A DNA stretch of 52,815 nucleotides, filler included, from Sphacelaria rigidula (Eukaryota): assembly GCA_964200075.2 (NCBI GenBank). It is 4 parts of 4 records of this genome, joined end to end, with 100 filler letters (N's around TTAATTAATTAA, not from the genome) between each part and the next. Parts side by side here need not be neighbours in the genome. Positions count along the whole stretch, not along the records: positions 39,688 to 52,815 come from CAXNAA020003135.1; 3 more parts are not named here. One strand, written 5' to 3'. The position numbers were made by a program, and so were the translations under genes. Of this stretch, positions 49,451 to 52,815 are shown piece after piece. Below the pieces are notes generated by a model. That model was not told the DNA's origin. It searched no databases and saw only the letters and a list, made by a program, of their open reading frames with translations. The stretch's first letter is position 1; each line of letters starts with the position of its first letter.

Positions 49451-50434
49451 GAAAATAAGGGGAAAGTAAAACGCATCTTCTTTCTCGTTTTTTTTTTTTT
49501 CCCCTAAGAAAACGTAAATTATCTGACGCATGTTGTTGAAGGAAGTGGCAGGCAGGTTGTACATGAGAGTCCCGGTCGTTATCTCGATGTGTGTTAATGT
49601 GGCAACAACACCATAGACTGACGACGCTCTGCTTCTTGTTTTTTTTGCAGTGCGTGTTGGTGTAGGTAGACTGCGCTTTTCTACCGTACCGCAACAACTG
49701 TTTGGTGGGGGTTACGGTGCTCCTGTCGACAGTAGATATGGTGGCTTCAAAGCTCGGTAATGATTCAGCTGAGAGGATGCATGTTTCGAGCCTGGTCGGG
49801 TAACGCTAACATGATAATTTTTCATTTTATTTTCACCTAGCTGGTCCTGTGGCGGCGTACCTCAGCAGCGAGGAATACTCCATAACAGTAGTACTTCTCG
49901 GGCGGGTGTCGATAAAAAACGCATACCGTATCGGTATAAGACCAAAGTGCATGAGTGTATGCTACGGGGGAACTAATCTATACGTAGTATACAACTATTA
50001 ATACTTATCTTATTCGCGTACTGATTCAGGCATGGGTATTCATGGGATCGGGATATGTGAGCTGATTCGGGCAGGAAACTCCACATGTTTTTGTCTTCTT
50101 CACATATGCAACATATCCAAACTCTCACCGGTATCCAGGGAAGGAACATTGTAGCAACAGTACATGGTCATAATCACCCTAACCCGACCCGAGGCATACG
50201 AGAATCTTCGAGCAAGGGAGGAGAGGTGCGACGGTTGCTCTTGGCGAAGCATGCGACAGCAGACCTCAAATCGGCGCCTGTGGAGTCGATTTGGACAAGA
50301 ACACACATTCTGGGGCAAGCTAGGAATACGTGGGACTGCTACCCCCTCTGAGGATCCGAACATCGGTGTTCACTCTGAAATCAAGTAATGAACATATTTT
50401 TACGACCAAGGCGTGAAATTTACTGGGTCATTAA

Positions 50435-50531
50435 CCCTTAGACAGCGAGAATATGTCATCTGATGGATCGACGTCATTTTAATTAAAAAAAATATGCATG
50501 ATCCAGATGGACTACCCTTGTAGTCTAAGGG
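50435..50531. mobile_element. piggyBac-type MITE
   Basis: TTAA|cccttagac...gtctaaggg|TTAA, in the opposite orientation to the 37664 copy. Confidence 0.82.
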
Positions 50532-50554
50532 TTAACACGTAATACCATTTTTTT

Positions 50555-51000
50555 CAGGGCTATACACGTTACACGTTCACGTTCACGTTCACGTTCACGT
50601 TACGTTCATCATGGGAAAAAAAAAATAACGTTCACGTTCCGTGACGTGTGTCACGTAAAAATCAAATAGCGTTACGTTAACGTTACGTTCATCACGTAAA
50701 AATGTTTCAACGTTCACGTTACGTTTCGGCCAAAACGTAACGTGTAACGTGTATAGGCCTGGCTATACATGTACACGTTTACGTTCACGTTACGTTCATG
50801 ACGTATAAAAAGTCACCTTCACGTAACGTCAACAATACATTTGAAAATTTAAGGTTACGTTCACGTTACGTTCATAACGTGAAAAAAATAACGTTACGTT
50901 CATCACGTGAAAACAAGTTAACGTTCACGTTACGTTTCGGCCAAAACGTAACGTGAACGTAACGTGTAACGCTATCGCACGTGTAACGTGTATAGCCCTG
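50555..51000. mobile_element. TIR element (CAGGG termini, hAT-like) filled with CACGTT/TACGTT repeats; apparent tandem dimer
   Basis: cagggctatacacgttacacg and cgtgtaacgtgtatagccctg form a 21-bp perfect TIR. The internal junction gtataggcctggctataca lies near 50760. Confidence 0.75.
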
Positions 51001-51305
51001 AAATTTTTCATGTGAGAACTATTTATAGTACAGGAGAACGGCCTGATGAAACATCGCCGAGGGTTTGTTGTGTGGGTTTTTTTCCGTGAAGCAACCCGTG
51101 AATGATGATTACCCCGTACTATGGTGTCCAAGCACACTTTGGAATGCTGTCGCAATTCTCGAAGATAGTGGTGCTTGCCACGAGCACGTATGCTTTGTGC
51201 AACTAGGGGGGGTTGCCCGCCAGCAAAAAATGGAGTATGATTATAACATGGAGATATTTGAATATTGGGTCTGCTCAAATAGCTTTCGATAAAAAAAATC
51301 ATTAA

Positions 51306-51403
51306 CCCTGTGTCCGCCAGCATGGGTTATCTGTTGAACCGGCATCAATTTTTCCTGGGAAATTCATGCACGACCCAGATGACCTACCCTCGCGGTCAAG
51401 GGG
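51306..51403. mobile_element. piggyBac-type MITE, diverged
   Basis: TTAA|ccctgtgtccgc...cgcggtcaagggg|TTAA. Confidence 0.7.
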
Positions 51404-51952
51404 TTAAGAACACACGAAAATTCTCCTCCACCTTCCTCCCCTCCTGGGGAGCGTCGCAATGCCGTGCTCGAATTATTATCCCCGAAACGTGCATATCCCC
51501 GGAGCGGACGGAAGAACAATATCTGTCAAGTATTAATCATCACATTTTGGAAGGAGCCCACCGACTGTATGTCTCCCAATCAGCGCAAATTTTATCCCAG
51601 GAATTCCGGCGGCATCGCAATGCATTAGCGATAGCTTCAAGTGGTATTATTAACGGCTCTATTTTTTGTTCCGAAATCTCAAAAATTCTCTTAAAAAAAA
51701 AGGACGTGTTCCTCCGTGAAAAAATGTGAGAGTAGATTTCGTAACCAGGTCGGGCAATAGATCAATTCAATACTGTACATTTCTCCAAAAATCTAGCGTC
51801 CGAATTTTTCGTCCGTATTTTGTACTTTGGAGAAGAAGTCGAGGGGAAGCTACAATTTTTCGGGAAGAGCGAAAAATGTACCTGAAGAAAATACCCCGTT
51901 AATATAAGGAGAACCCTCAGGCCACTTCTCATGTGTCGAAAAATAATGTTGA

Positions 51953-52582
51953 AAACTGCCTTTTTGGGCCCTTCTCCGTCATTATAGCTCCGAAAAGAGG
52001 GCTTGTCGGATGCGGTCACCTGGGAATGACTTGCTCTACTCATTGAAACCGTTCCAGGGCACCTTTGCGTTTCCCGGTGGCCGCACCTTCGGTTTTGGCC
52101 AAACTTGAACGGGTCGGACGAATTAATTATTCGTCTGGTAATTCCTCGATTTTAGTATGATTCGTACCGTACAAATCAATCCTTAGGCTTTGTTTTCAGC
52201 GTTGCAACCCAGGTACGCGCAGCCCAGGTACGTGGAATGGCGTAAAAATTGCGTGCAGACCTTTTAGACCACCGGTCATCTTTTTTTCTCTTTGTTGAGC
52301 AATCAGGCCTGAAAAATCGTGGATTTGGTCATTCGAACCGGGGAGGATTCGTCCGAACCGTGCAAACGTGCATTTTCGATAACAAACGGTCGAGTTATAA
52401 AAAAACAGGAAGATTTGAAAAATGCAAATTTGATGAAAAAAAAACTGTGGCCACCGAAACACGCGAAGGTACCCACCCTGGACGGTCGCAACAAATGGAG
52501 CAAGTCATTCCAAGGTGACGACACCCGCCAAGCTCTCTCCTTGAGCATAACACGAGGAAGAAGGGCCAAAAAGGCAATTTTG
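51953..52582. repeat. Imperfect inverted repeat, arms about 140 bp
   Basis: 51953-52090 (..gtcacctgggaatgacttgctc..) against the reverse complement of 52441-52582 (..gagcaagtcattccaaggtgac..). Confidence 0.65.
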
Positions 52583-52815
52583 AACAAGATTTCAAACCTA
52601 GAACTTCAGAAACACTCGGGACGCACGAGCTACGGCAGCGGTTCGAAACGTTGTAATTCGCTGATAGTCGCGACGCCCGTATCCCGTAACTCGCACGCCT
52701 CAAGCTTATTACTCCACACCCCACCACTGTCGCTTAATCGTGCTTGCACTTGCCCCCCTGTGTCGCGGCTGCTTCCTACACACTGAGGCTGAGGCTCTGC
52801 ACTGACTCACGCACT

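Overview
Intron-rich, repeat-rich eukaryotic DNA. The short GC-rich exons, multi-kb GT-AG introns and head-to-head gene pairs suggest a brown alga or related stramenopile (inference only). The window is not one locus. It is four pieces of 13129, 13129, 13129 and 13128 bp (1-13129, 13230-26358, 26459-39587, 39688-52815) joined by identical 100-nt N/TTAATTAATTAA/N linkers, so adjacency across the gaps is not evidence of linkage. Hand splicing gives four partial conserved genes: an FMN-dependent alpha-hydroxy-acid oxidase (+, 5' part), a METTL13/EEF1AKMT4-like class I methyltransferase (+, 3' part, with a 9.2-kb intron), SAE1/AOS1 (+, 5' part) and L2HGDH (-, 5' part). Three less certain genes lie divergent to these: a Cys/His-rich small protein, a DRG-like first exon and a Ser/Gly/Ala-rich protein. 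Most of the remainder is non-autonomous mobile DNA: a tRNA-derived SINE, a (CAAT)n-tailed retroposon end, TA-, TAA/TGA- and TTAA-flanked TIR elements, a dead DIRS/Ngaro-type tyrosine recombinase, tandem arrays and long foldbacks. I found no intact novel multi-gene system. The best follow-up candidates are the Cys/His microprotein, the 0.9-kb intronic foldback of decayed coding-like DNA, the tyrosine recombinase relic and the piggyBac-type MITE stack.
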